This document shows positions 8,945-17,427 of a stretch of DNA of 34,427 nt, piece after piece. The translations under genes were made by a program, and so were the position numbers. Origin of the DNA: a virus (lineage: Duplodnaviria > Heunggongvirae > Uroviricota > Caudoviricetes); the IMG/VR virus record IMGVR_UViG_2718217885_000001; one strand, 5' to 3'. How positions within the stretch are numbered: the stretch's first letter is position 1; every line of letters starts with the position of its first letter. The notes beneath the pieces are model-generated. The model was not told where the DNA came from, ran no database searches, and saw nothing but the letters and a program-made list of their open reading frames with translations.

Positions 8945-9256
8945 ATGACGACACCAACCAGACGAATAAGTTTCTATCTGAAGCCCGCCGCCGTCAAGAA
9001 CGAAGGCGAAGCATGCGCCTGGCTGGACAGCCTTACACCAGAAGCCCGCAAAAGCGGCCAACGTGTGGCTTTTCTGGCCGGGCTGGCACTTCTGAAAATG
9101 AATCCGGCAGAGGCTTACCGACTGGCTGCATGGGCTGATGATGAAGCGTTATCAGTGACACAAACCAGGACAGAACGCCCCGCATCACAGCCAGTATCAA
9201 CCGCACAGATAACCAGTCAGATGGCCGGAAATATCCGGGCGTTATTTCCCGAATAA
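8945..9256 (+). CDS. parR: ParR/StbB-like small DNA-binding adaptor (103 aa)
   Basis: ATG at 8945 with aaggag RBS 9 nt upstream, 4 nt after the parM-like stop; recalled weak similarity to R1 ParR (YLKPAAV, FLAGLAL, RALFPE); classic parM-parR order. Confidence 0.55.
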   Translation: MTTPTRRISFYLKPAAVKNEGEACAWLDSLTPEARKSGQRVAFLAGLALLKMNPAEAYRLAAWADDEALSVTQTRTERPASQPVSTAQITSQMAGNIRALFPE

Positions 9257-9261
9257 TACAA

Positions 9262-9285
9262 CATCAGGGCGCATCCGCCCTGATG
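9262..9285 (+). terminator. Intergenic hairpin between the parR-like and ClpX-ZBD-like genes (possible weak terminator or processing site)
   Basis: catcagggcg-catc-cgccctgatg, 10-bp perfect stem; no strong T-tract. Confidence 0.35.
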
Positions 9286-9319
9286 ACTTTAATCCGGGAA
9301 CACAAACAAAGGGGACACA

Positions 9320-9652
9320 ATGCAACACATTGACAGAGAAAAAGCGCAGCGACTGATTGAGCGGATGGAAGCGCTGGCGAAAGAAGAAAATGTCAACATC
9401 CAAAAAATAGCTGAATGTGGCCAGATAGTTCTTCGTCGTGAAAAAAACCTCAAACAACTGATGTCTGGCGAAACCAGCAAAACATGGACTTCAGGCGAGA
9501 AGACGGTTTATTGCAGTTTCTGCAATAAATCCCAGTACGAAGTCACAAAGGTGATTGCCGGACCGTCTGTTTACATCTGCAATGAATGCGTGGATTTGTG
9601 CAATGAAATTATCAGGAAAGAAGTGACAGACAAAAAGGAAAAAAACGCATGA
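9320..9652 (+). CDS. Small protein with a C-terminal ClpX-type N-terminal zinc-binding domain (C4 zinc ribbon); no AAA+ module
   Basis: 110 aa; C-terminal half [41 protein letters not shown] closely resembles the ClpX N-terminus ([39 protein letters not shown]); aggggac RBS; AT-richer than neighbours. Confidence 0.75.
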   Translation: MQHIDREKAQRLIERMEALAKEENVNIQKIAECGQIVLRREKNLKQLMSGETSKTWTSGEKTVYCSFCNKSQYEVTKVIAGPSVYICNECVDLCNEIIRKEVTDKKEKNA

Positions 9653-10056
9653 ACAGAAAACAGAAACAAGAGTTGAAATACTTCTTACGTAAAGAAATTG
9701 CCAGGCTTGAAGATGCAGAGTCACAATCATCAGAAATTCCGTTCGGAATGGATATCAACGACGCCCGTATGCTTCAGGCATACCGTATAGCTCAGGCTGC
9801 ACTACAGACAAAACCGTTAAATAACATACATGAAAAGTATGATTATTTTACGGATACCGCTTGCTTGCTGACATCAGAAGAACAAAAGATAGCCCAACTT
9901 TTAGGCGACGCATGGAACCTGTATTTAACATTGCCAGTTGAGCATCCAATGGGTAGAGATGAATTTTGCCGGGCAATTCATCATTGCCAAAATATGGTGT
10001 TGGCACGCCCGGCCATCAGGGCGTTGGCCAGGAAGGGGCAAGGCTATAAAAGATAA
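9649..10056 (+). CDS. Hypothetical protein (135 aa), translationally coupled to the ClpX-ZBD-like gene
   Basis: ATGA start/stop overlap; no motif recognised; AT-rich composition. Confidence 0.5.
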   Translation: MNRKQKQELKYFLRKEIARLEDAESQSSEIPFGMDINDARMLQAYRIAQAALQTKPLNNIHEKYDYFTDTACLLTSEEQKIAQLLGDAWNLYLTLPVEHPMGRDEFCRAIHHCQNMVLARPAIRALARKGQGYKR

Positions 10057-10061
10057 GTAAA

Positions 10062-10087
10062 ACGCCCTCCTCCAGGGCGTTTATTTC
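10062..10087 (+). terminator. Rho-independent terminator closing the accessory cassette
   Basis: acgccct-cctcc-agggcgt stem-loop followed by TTTATTT. Confidence 0.7.
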
Positions 10088-10089
10088 AA

Positions 10090-10116
10090 TGCACAATAGT
10101 GCACAAATTTGCACAA
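10090..10116. repeat. Three direct TGCACAA repeats at exact 10-bp phasing
   Basis: tgcacaatagtgcacaaatttgcacaattttttt read directly; lies in the noncoding region between the accessory cassette and the portal gene, where P2 has cos. Confidence 0.5.
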
Positions 10117-10480
10117 TTTTTTTGAACGACTTTTTACCCTTCCGGCCCGCATGGCGGCTGGATCCGTCAAGGATCCGTGCGTGCACAAAAAAACGCGCTT
10201 TTTCTGCGCGCAGGTGACGGGGGAACAGCCCGCGTTTCAGGGGGTAAATAGCGTTCCCTTAACGATGTCGCAGCGACACGACAGAATGGCCGTATTTCTC
10301 ACGCTGAGCGTGAAAAATACGTGAGGGATTCTGATTTGATGGGGTGAAAGGTAAGGCCGTCAAAATCGCACTGAGGCGGCGAGAACATGCAGTCAACGCG
10401 GTGGGATTGCGTAAGAGTCTGACCGTCGATGGTGGCGATAAACTGGAAGGCGTCGTGAAATTATCTGACTGATACAGGAG

Positions 10481-10505
10481 CTGGAGAGTCGGGGCATAAA
10501 TTTTT
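10481..10505 (-). terminator. Palindromic hairpin downstream of the portal gene (putative terminator of the leftward Q-P transcript)
   Basis: cggggcataaa-ttt-tttatgccccg perfect palindrome 36 nt past the Q stop; no classic T-tract. Confidence 0.45.
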
Positions 10506-10540
10506 TATGCCCCGGCGAAGCAGCAGACAAGCGAAGCGCG

Positions 10541-11587
10541 TCAGGATGTGGGCTGGATGTCTAACAGTGCGTAAGGGTTAAAGCGGATCACCTCTTCGCC
10601 AAGCCAGTCATTGATGTGCTTCATGGCCTCCATGACGGGCATCAGCTCGTTAATTGCGTAAACTCGCGCGGCCTTCTCCACATCACCAAACGCACTTTTT
10701 TCACCCGGCATCGCCCCCATCAGTTGCGGCGGAACGCGGTGCGCAGCCAGCACATCATCACGGGATGCCGCCTTAACATTCATGAACTCATCCTTTGCGG
10801 TGATCTGCTGGAACGGCAAAATTTGCACCCCCTCTTTGCCCCCGTTGGGCGCATGAATGAGCACGTTTTTAAACGCACCACCACCACGCGCACCCTGTAG
10901 CGTTTCTTTCAGGGAGTCCATGCTTTCGCGGTTTACCTGCGCTGCACCGATGTAGATGATGCACCCGGCGTGGGATCCGTTGTCGTAATACAGTTTTCTG
11001 AACATGTCCGCCGAATGAGACAGGCTGGCCGAGAGTAATGCGCCGAGATATTCCGGCATGCCGTAGATTTCCTGGTTAATGTCAGGATTCATCAGGTGAC
11101 ACACTTTGCCTGGGCGAAACTGAAACGCATCCTTGCCATCCTGCACATACCACCATGATTCAAGATCGCTTCCGCGTCGCATGTATTTCGCCAGGGCGTG
11201 CCGTAATTTAAGCGGTTCGCCGAGCATATTGCTTCGAAGCTCAAGGAATGCGTTACCGAACACAAACCAGTCCAGCGCCAGCGCCGAGAAATCCTGCCGG
11301 GAAAGCAGCGGGTGCGGGATGTAGCAACCGAGCAATACATTGCGCTTAAAGTAAAGCGCAGACTGATGCCAGGACGTTTGCCGGGCAGCTCTTGCCAGAC
11401 CGTACCAGTCCACCGGGGTTTCATACCACCGCCCGTTATCAGCACAGTACATATTGTCCAGCAGGTCATGCCCGGTCAGGCGATAAGGACCATCAAATGT
11501 GAATGCACTGAGCGATGATTCTTTCCTGAGCGCATCAGCGAGATCAATGCGTGAACTCATGCGCACTTTTTTATTTTTTCTGCTCAT
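10541..11587 (-). CDS. Q: Portal protein (P2 gpQ-like)
   Basis: 348 aa; size, position and orientation match P2 Q; start overlaps the terminase stop. Confidence 0.85.
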   Translation of the reverse strand: MSRKNKKVRMSSRIDLADALRKESSLSAFTFDGPYRLTGHDLLDNMYCADNGRWYETPVDWYGLARAARQTSWHQSALYFKRNVLLGCYIPHPLLSRQDFSALALDWFVFGNAFLELRSNMLGEPLKLRHALAKYMRRGSDLESWWYVQDGKDAFQFRPGKVCHLMNPDINQEIYGMPEYLGALLSASLSHSADMFRKLYYDNGSHAGCIIYIGAAQVNRESMDSLKETLQGARGGGAFKNVLIHAPNGGKEGVQILPFQQITAKDEFMNVKAASRDDVLAAHRVPPQLMGAMPGEKSAFGDVEKAARVYAINELMPVMEAMKHINDWLGEEVIRFNPYALLDIQPTS

Positions 11588-13338
11588 CAGAACTCCATAA
11601 CCGTGAAACGCTCGTTTTCTCCTTCGCCGCCAATCGGTTCGTTAATGACAGCAAGCATGGTTGCCCACGCAAGGTCGCCGTGGCTGATCCCCCTCGCGCG
11701 GTCCGTTTCGTAAGTGATAAAGCCGCCCGGTGTTTTCACCTTACGCACGGCGTTAAAGGCCGCGACCAGCTCGCGTTCGGCGCGATCGTATTCCCACCGC
11801 CCGGCACGCATTATTTGCAGCATTTTCAGTACCAGCGACCGTTTTGATGACAGCGTGAAGGTGTACGGAATAGCAGCAGGGAAAAACCGTTTCACTATCT
11901 GATAAACAGCCTCCCCGTTCCCGCCCGTCACATCAATGCCGATGTGTTCCACGTTGTAACGATACGTGAACTCTTCAATGACTCTGGCCTGTTCTTCAAA
12001 CTCCAGCCCCTGAACGCGTCGCGTCTCCACCGTTCGAAAACGGCCACCAGGAACAGCCGGAGGAACCACCACGGACACAGCGCCGCTGTCGCCGTTGCCA
12101 CTGCTGCCGTTTGCGTCATATCCAATCCATACCGGACGATTTCCCATCGGGCGGGGAGCAAAAGGTTTCCAGTCTTTCCAGTCGTCGTATCCATCAACGC
12201 CGCAGCCAATCAGGATATTCAGGTTAAATGCCGATTCCCCTTCGCGGACAAACTCACACATATAGAGATTGAGGAACTCGTCTTCGGTGTTTTCATCACG
12301 AATTTCGTCGATATCGGTGTGTTTCCAGCCGTGATTAACCACATCTTCCAGCGTGACAATTTGCCGCCACGTCCGGTCAGGGCAGATAAGCCCGTTATGC
12401 AGCGTTTTCCAGTCCACAGAAAAACGCTGGCGTTTATGCGTGGCCTTTTTCTCGTTCCAGCGGTCGCCGTTCCAGTAGGCGTATGCTTCGTGCGTTTCGG
12501 TGGATGGCGTGGAGAAGTAGGTGCGCCGCAGTCCGCTGAGGGTTGCCATAGCGCCAGCCACCTTGCGCAGTTCAGCAAAGCGACTGACCCAGAAAAATTC
12601 ATCAAAATAAAAATTGCCCGTATAGGACTGCGCCGACGCAGCAGAAGTGCCGAGAAAATGCAGCTCTGCGCCGTTGGAGAGGATGATTTTATCGCCCCCT
12701 TTCAGCTCCACATCAACTTCAGCCGCAGCCTTCTGAATAATGCTTTTAAACTGGAACGCCTGACGACGCGACGCAGACAAAAAAATCTGGTTACGCTGGT
12801 AAGGTTGCGCCACATCGTCACGCAGCGCCATCAGCAGTGCTTCCTGTGCAAAATACCAGGTCGCCCCAATCTGTCGGGATTTCAGGATCATCCTGTTACG
12901 TATCCCGGCTTCCCTGCAAAGGGTCAGGGAGTCAAACCAGCCCCGCTGATGCCACTCCAGCCTGCTGATGATTTTTTCCCGCAGTGCGGCAATCTGTTCC
13001 GGCGTGAAATGATTTTTGAGTTTTTTCGCCCGGTCTTTCTTTCCTGTGGCCGTCGCATCCGGCTGGCCATCATGCAGTTTTTTAAGCTGCCGGGTCAGCA
13101 GGTCTATTTCCTTGAAGTCACCACCTGTTTTATTCTGTTTTTCAGTGAGCTGGATGAGGCGCGCATCGATGGACTGCGTGACACGCTGCACGGGTGGCGT
13201 TTCATCCCACTGGTCGCGTTTTTTCCACGCATAAATCGTGTTCGGGTTTATTCCCATCAGACGTGATATTTCTGCGGGCGGATAACCCTGCCAGTAAAGT
13301 TGTCGCGCACGCTGGCGCACAAAAGCGTCCTGAATCAT
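11587..13338 (-). CDS. P: Terminase large (ATPase) subunit (P2 gpP-like)
   Basis: 583 aa; divergent from the scaffold gene as in the P2 P/O promoter region. Confidence 0.85.
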   Translation of the reverse strand: MIQDAFVRQRARQLYWQGYPPAEISRLMGINPNTIYAWKKRDQWDETPPVQRVTQSIDARLIQLTEKQNKTGGDFKEIDLLTRQLKKLHDGQPDATATGKKDRAKKLKNHFTPEQIAALREKIISRLEWHQRGWFDSLTLCREAGIRNRMILKSRQIGATWYFAQEALLMALRDDVAQPYQRNQIFLSASRRQAFQFKSIIQKAAAEVDVELKGGDKIILSNGAELHFLGTSAASAQSYTGNFYFDEFFWVSRFAELRKVAGAMATLSGLRRTYFSTPSTETHEAYAYWNGDRWNEKKATHKRQRFSVDWKTLHNGLICPDRTWRQIVTLEDVVNHGWKHTDIDEIRDENTEDEFLNLYMCEFVREGESAFNLNILIGCGVDGYDDWKDWKPFAPRPMGNRPVWIGYDANGSSGNGDSGAVSVVVPPAVPGGRFRTVETRRVQGLEFEEQARVIEEFTYRYNVEHIGIDVTGGNGEAVYQIVKRFFPAAIPYTFTLSSKRSLVLKMLQIMRAGRWEYDRAERELVAAFNAVRKVKTPGGFITYETDRARGISHGDLAWATMLAVINEPIGGEGENERFTVMEF

Positions 13339-13492
13339 TGCTCCCCCTGAGTAATTACAGGAAGATTACCCGCGCACGAAACTGTTCTCCTTAACCCCCT
13401 GTTCTGGCCGTTTTCTTACAACAAAAGCCCTTTGTATCAGCCTGTTACGCTTTGCCATCATGACTGAAGAACCAGTCAGAGGGGCAAAAACT
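13339..13492. promoter_or_regulatory. Divergent late promoter region between P (leftward) and O (rightward)
   Basis: Position equivalent to the P2 P and O late promoters; no exact TGT-N12-ACA Ogr box could be confirmed. Confidence 0.4.
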
Positions 13493-14329
13493 ATGGCTAA
13501 TGAAAAAAAGACATCCCGCAAAAAGTTTCGCGTGGCTGTCTCCGGTGTAACGGCAGACGGGCGCGAAATCAACGGCGACATGCTGAAAGCTGCCGCCACC
13601 AGTTATAACCCGTCCGTTTATGGTGCACGTGTGAATATTGAGCACATCCTGTCACCACTTCCCGGTAGCGAGTTTTCCGCTATGGGCGATGTTGTGGGGT
13701 TGAGCACCGAAGACATAACCGATGGCCCGCTGGCAGGTCGCACGGCGCTGTATGCCGAAATTGAGCCGACCGCTCGCATGATGTCCCTGCTTAACGATGG
13801 TAAAAAAATTTACTCCAGTATTGAGCTGGAACCACAGTCAACCATCACGGGAGGCCCTTACCTGCGCGGGCTGGCAATGACCGACACCCCTGCCAGCCTG
13901 GGCACGGAACGTCTGGCCTTTGCGGCACAACAACGTATGCAACTGATGACATTCAACTGTCAGCAGGGAGACGTGGCGATGTTTACCGCCGCTATGGAGT
14001 CAGAACTTATCGAACTCACCGAACAACGTCAGGAAGAAGGCACCCAGTGGTTTAACCGCGTTATGGGGATTATTGGCCGTGGCCGCAAAGCGGATGACGC
14101 CAGTTTCTCCCGTATTCAGGAAGCGGTGGAAGGTGTCGCAACGTCACAGGCCGACATTATCGACCGTTTTAATGTGCTGGAAACCCGCCATCAGCAGGAC
14201 AGCCAGAAAATCACTTTACTGACCACAGAGCTGGCAGCACTGAAGGAAAAACTGCGCACGCAGGACGGCGATCCGCAGAACCGGTTCACCGCAACAGGTG
14301 CAGCCTCCGACCAGCTGGCTGACTTCTGA
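13493..14329 (+). CDS. O: Capsid scaffolding protein (P2 gpO-like)
   Basis: ATG at 13493 (MANEKKTSRKKFRVAV...) chosen for its agagggg RBS and N-terminal match to P2 O; the ORF is open from 13460. Confidence 0.8.
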   Translation: MANEKKTSRKKFRVAVSGVTADGREINGDMLKAAATSYNPSVYGARVNIEHILSPLPGSEFSAMGDVVGLSTEDITDGPLAGRTALYAEIEPTARMMSLLNDGKKIYSSIELEPQSTITGGPYLRGLAMTDTPASLGTERLAFAAQQRMQLMTFNCQQGDVAMFTAAMESELIELTEQRQEEGTQWFNRVMGIIGRGRKADDASFSRIQEAVEGVATSQADIIDRFNVLETRHQQDSQKITLLTTELAALKEKLRTQDGDPQNRFTATGAASDQLADF

Positions 14330-14352
14330 TAAGACAAAGGAGCAAATTTTTT

Positions 14353-15405
14353 ATGAATCTGGTGATGTCAGATATTACCCGCAACAAGCTGGGTTGCTAT
14401 ATGGCGCAGCAGGCGTCGCTTAACAATATCCCGGTTTCTGCACTGGTATCGCGATTTACCGTGGAACCCGCGGTGCAGCAGCGTTTTGAAAACGCCTCAA
14501 AGGAAAGTACCGAATTTACGAAAAGAATTAACGTGATCGGCGTGACCGACCAGAAAGGCGAAAAAATCCTCCCGGATACCACAGGACCGATTGCGCGCAC
14601 GAATACCAGTTATGACGGCACAAAACGCCGTAACCCGAATAACGTGGTTGATCTGAAAAACCGCAAATACCAGTGCGAACAGGTGAACTACGACACGTTT
14701 ATTTCGTATCCGCAGCTTGATGCCTGGTCGGCACACCCTGATTTTCAGTCCCGCATCAGCGCACAGATTGCCCGACAGGTGGCACTTGACCGCATCATGA
14801 TCGGTTTCAACGGCACGTCTCACGCGGATGAGTCCAACTTCAGCACCAACAAGTTGCTTCAGGACGTTAACGTGGGGTGGCTGGAGCACATCAGAACCGA
14901 CGCCAGCGAACGCGTTATGAATGACGTGACGCTGACCTCCCGTAACATGGACAACACCGTGGCGCACGCGGGTAAGTATGCGAACGCTGATGCACTGGTA
15001 CAGGACGCGCGCTCATCCCTGCTGGATGAATGGCACAAGGAAGCTGACGACCTCGTGGTGATTATGGGGCGCAACCTGTTTAACTCGCTGCGTCTGCCCG
15101 TGCTGAACAGCATCAGCGGCCAGAATCCCAATGCGGAATTACTTGCCGGGCAGCTCATTCTGTCATCGCGCACCATTGGCGGGCTGGGCGTGTTCCTTGC
15201 GCCGTTCTTCCCGGATTCAACGATGCTGATCACCTCGTTCAACAACCTGTCGATTTACTGGCAGAAAGGTTCAATGCGTCGTCTGATGAAAGATGAACCG
15301 GAATACAACCGCATCGCCACCTACCAGTCCATCAATGACGCTTATGTCGTTGAAGACTATGGCAAGTGCGCGATGGTCACTGGCCTGAAGTTCGCCGACA
15401 GCTAA
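14353..15405 (+). CDS. N: Major capsid protein (P2 gpN-like)
   Basis: 350 aa; aaggag RBS; recalled conserved blocks with P2 N (FTVEP, DQKGEKI, NKYQCEQVNYDTFI, IMIGFNG, LQDV.VGWL, YVVEDY). Confidence 0.9.
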   Translation: MNLVMSDITRNKLGCYMAQQASLNNIPVSALVSRFTVEPAVQQRFENASKESTEFTKRINVIGVTDQKGEKILPDTTGPIARTNTSYDGTKRRNPNNVVDLKNRKYQCEQVNYDTFISYPQLDAWSAHPDFQSRISAQIARQVALDRIMIGFNGTSHADESNFSTNKLLQDVNVGWLEHIRTDASERVMNDVTLTSRNMDNTVAHAGKYANADALVQDARSSLLDEWHKEADDLVVIMGRNLFNSLRLPVLNSISGQNPNAELLAGQLILSSRTIGGLGVFLAPFFPDSTMLITSFNNLSIYWQKGSMRRLMKDEPEYNRIATYQSINDAYVVEDYGKCAMVTGLKFADS

Positions 15406-15413
15406 TCAACTCA

Positions 15414-15432
15414 CGGCGGGCATCATGCCCGC
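15414..15432 (+). promoter_or_regulatory. Strong GC hairpin immediately after the major capsid gene (candidate attenuator or mRNA-stabilising element)
   Basis: ggcgggcat-c-atgcccgcc perfect palindrome; no downstream T-tract. Confidence 0.4.
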
Positions 15433-15450
15433 CTGTAACGGAGAGAAAAA

Positions 15451-16251
15451 ATGATTACTCCTGCACAGCAACACTGGCAGAACGTGATGGCACAGCGCGC
15501 AGGCCGGGCGAATGAAGGCGTGGACCACGCCGCGCGTACCGCGCATGAAGAGGTGCTGTATCGTCTGCGTCTGGCACAGGCCCGGCTTAAGGGCGTACAG
15601 GCCAGAAGCGCCAAAGCCGCCATCAAAAAAGAGTTGTTGCCGGACTTTTCCGGCTGGATTGAGGGAACACTGGAGGCTGACGGCGGGCAGCAGGATGAAG
15701 TGATTGCCACGCTGATGGTGTGGGCGATTGACTGCGGCGATCTTCCGCTGGCGCTGCGTATTGGTGCATATGTGGTCCGTCACAACCTCATCATGCCGGA
15801 TAACTTTGGACGTACTGCTGCTACGGTACTGACCGAAGAAATCTGCAACCCGGTACTGACGCAGGCCGGGACGGATGCCGACGCGGATTTGTCCGCCTTT
15901 ATCGAACCACTGGATACCCTCCGGGAGATTGTCACCGACCAGGACATGCCGGACGAAGTGCGCGCCAAATTATGCAAGGCGTGCGCCTTTGCCCGCCGTG
16001 GCCTGACCGATGCGGACAGCATGGCCTCATCACTGAAGCTGCTGCGCGAAGCGATGCACCTGAACCCGAACGCAGGTGTGAAACGCGAGATTGCAACCCT
16101 TTCCCGCGCTCTGAAAAAAGCCGATTCCGCAGCCGCACCAGAAGATGCCAGCACACCGCAGGCGCAGGACGAAAGCAGCAAAAGTAAAAAGATAACGCGG
16201 AAGCCTGCAACACGAAAAACCACCGCGACGCAGAAGGCGAAGCGCGGTTAA
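15451..16251 (+). CDS. M: Terminase small/endonuclease subunit (P2 gpM-like)
   Basis: 266 aa; position after N; basic C-terminal tail. Confidence 0.75.
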   Translation: MITPAQQHWQNVMAQRAGRANEGVDHAARTAHEEVLYRLRLAQARLKGVQARSAKAAIKKELLPDFSGWIEGTLEADGGQQDEVIATLMVWAIDCGDLPLALRIGAYVVRHNLIMPDNFGRTAATVLTEEICNPVLTQAGTDADADLSAFIEPLDTLREIVTDQDMPDEVRAKLCKACAFARRGLTDADSMASSLKLLREAMHLNPNAGVKREIATLSRALKKADSAAAPEDASTPQAQDESSKSKKITRKPATRKTTATQKAKRG

Positions 16252-16352
16252 CGACTGACCCCGTCAGCGGGCGGCGTGCGCGGTGTTCCGGTTTGACTCC
16301 GTGACCGTTTACACCGCGCACCCACCGCCCGATTTTTTCAGGAGTGAACCCC

Positions 16353-16847
16353 ATGAGTATGGTTGCCAGGACCAACCCCGGACCCGCAGAGGACGACATC
16401 ACCGATACCGATGATGGTGATACCCGTATTTCAGCGGGTGCATTCTGGCCGGATATTGTGCTGCGTGAGCTGCGTCTGGCGGTACGACTGCCGGGGCGCG
16501 TGACCACCTCCCGCCTGCTGCATACCGCCACCGGAGCTGTGGCACACGTTACCCGCGAGCTGGAAGCATGGCAGCAGGAACAGCAGGCGGCTGGCCATCA
16601 GACGCTGGCCGATGTTCCGGCACCCGTAATTAACGGAGAAAGCGTCAATCTCTGGCACTGGCGCAATGCTGTTTATACCGCCACGCGCGCCCTGATTCTG
16701 GAGCGTTATCGTGATGCAGACACAACGGACAAGGGCGACCGCCGGGCGGACGCACTAGATATACAGACATCGGATTTGTGGCGCGATGTGAGCTGGGCCA
16801 TCTCTGACATTCTGTGCCGCCCGCGAATCTTTGCGGAGTTGTGCTGA
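16353..16847 (+). CDS. L: Head completion/stabilisation protein (P2 gpL-like)
   Basis: ATG at 16353 with aggagtg RBS; about 164 aa; position after M. Confidence 0.75.
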   Translation: MSMVARTNPGPAEDDITDTDDGDTRISAGAFWPDIVLRELRLAVRLPGRVTTSRLLHTATGAVAHVTRELEAWQQEQQAAGHQTLADVPAPVINGESVNLWHWRNAVYTATRALILERYRDADTTDKGDRRADALDIQTSDLWRDVSWAISDILCRPRIFAELC

Positions 16848-17047
16848 TGAAAGTGAAGGCACTGGAAGGCGACACCGTGGATTCGCTCTGTTTCCGGTAC
16901 TACGGCACGACGCAGGGCGTCACCGAAAAGGTGCTGGATGCCAACCCCGGACTCTGTCAGCAGGTATTTCTGGACGCCGGGCAGGAAGTGGAGATGCCGG
17001 AGCCGGAGAAGAAGAAACGAGAAATGATTCAGTTGTGGGGGGAGTAG
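16847..17047 (+). CDS. X: Tail protein X (P2 gpX-like)
   Basis: ATGA overlap with the L stop; MKVKALEGDTVDSLCFRYYG...NPGL matches the P2 X N-terminus. Confidence 0.8.
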   Translation: MKVKALEGDTVDSLCFRYYGTTQGVTEKVLDANPGLCQQVFLDAGQEVEMPEPEKKKREMIQLWGE

Positions 17048-17049
17048 TA

Positions 17050-17373
17050 GTGAGCACCATTCAAACAGGGATCACAGAGCAGGTTATTGCGTGGCTCTTT
17101 GACCACCTGCCAACGGTGTATGCAGCAGGCGCGGCGGTCAGCATTTCCGCGCTGATGAGTCTTTATGACGGACGAACGCTGGTTCAGACCGTAACGGGAT
17201 CGCTGGCGTGCGGCGTTCTTGCCATGGCCGTGGCCGGGTCGTTGCGCTTCTTCGGAGTTCCTGAAGATGCCGTGACGTTTTTCGGCGCATCTATCGGTTT
17301 TATGGGCGCAGAAAAAGCACGCGACAAGATCATTGCCGCCTTTAACCGCATAACCCAAAAGGGAGATGAATAA
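17050..17373 (+). CDS. Y: Holin (P2 gpY-like), GTG start
   Basis: GTG at 17050 preceded by ggggggag; three hydrophobic segments; directly before the endolysin. Confidence 0.7.
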   Translation: MSTIQTGITEQVIAWLFDHLPTVYAAGAAVSISALMSLYDGRTLVQTVTGSLACGVLAMAVAGSLRFFGVPEDAVTFFGASIGFMGAEKARDKIIAAFNRITQKGDE

Positions 17374-17427
17374 ATCGCAGGCTTAAAGCCGGTAATCACC
17401 ATAAAAATCATTCACAGAGGTGACGAA

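Noticed and set aside
10109-10324. 71-aa ORF in the presumed cos region
   Set aside because: No RBS and atypical composition; the region is more plausibly cis-acting packaging DNA.
11944-13266. 440-aa plus-strand ORF antisense to the terminase large subunit
   Set aside because: Long antisense shadow ORF inside a well-supported gene; low-complexity translation.
13339-13492. Ogr-type TGT-N12-ACA activator boxes in the late promoter regions (also 31329-31485)
   Set aside because: Several TGT and ACA elements are present but none with the exact 12-bp spacing; the promoters remain positional inferences.
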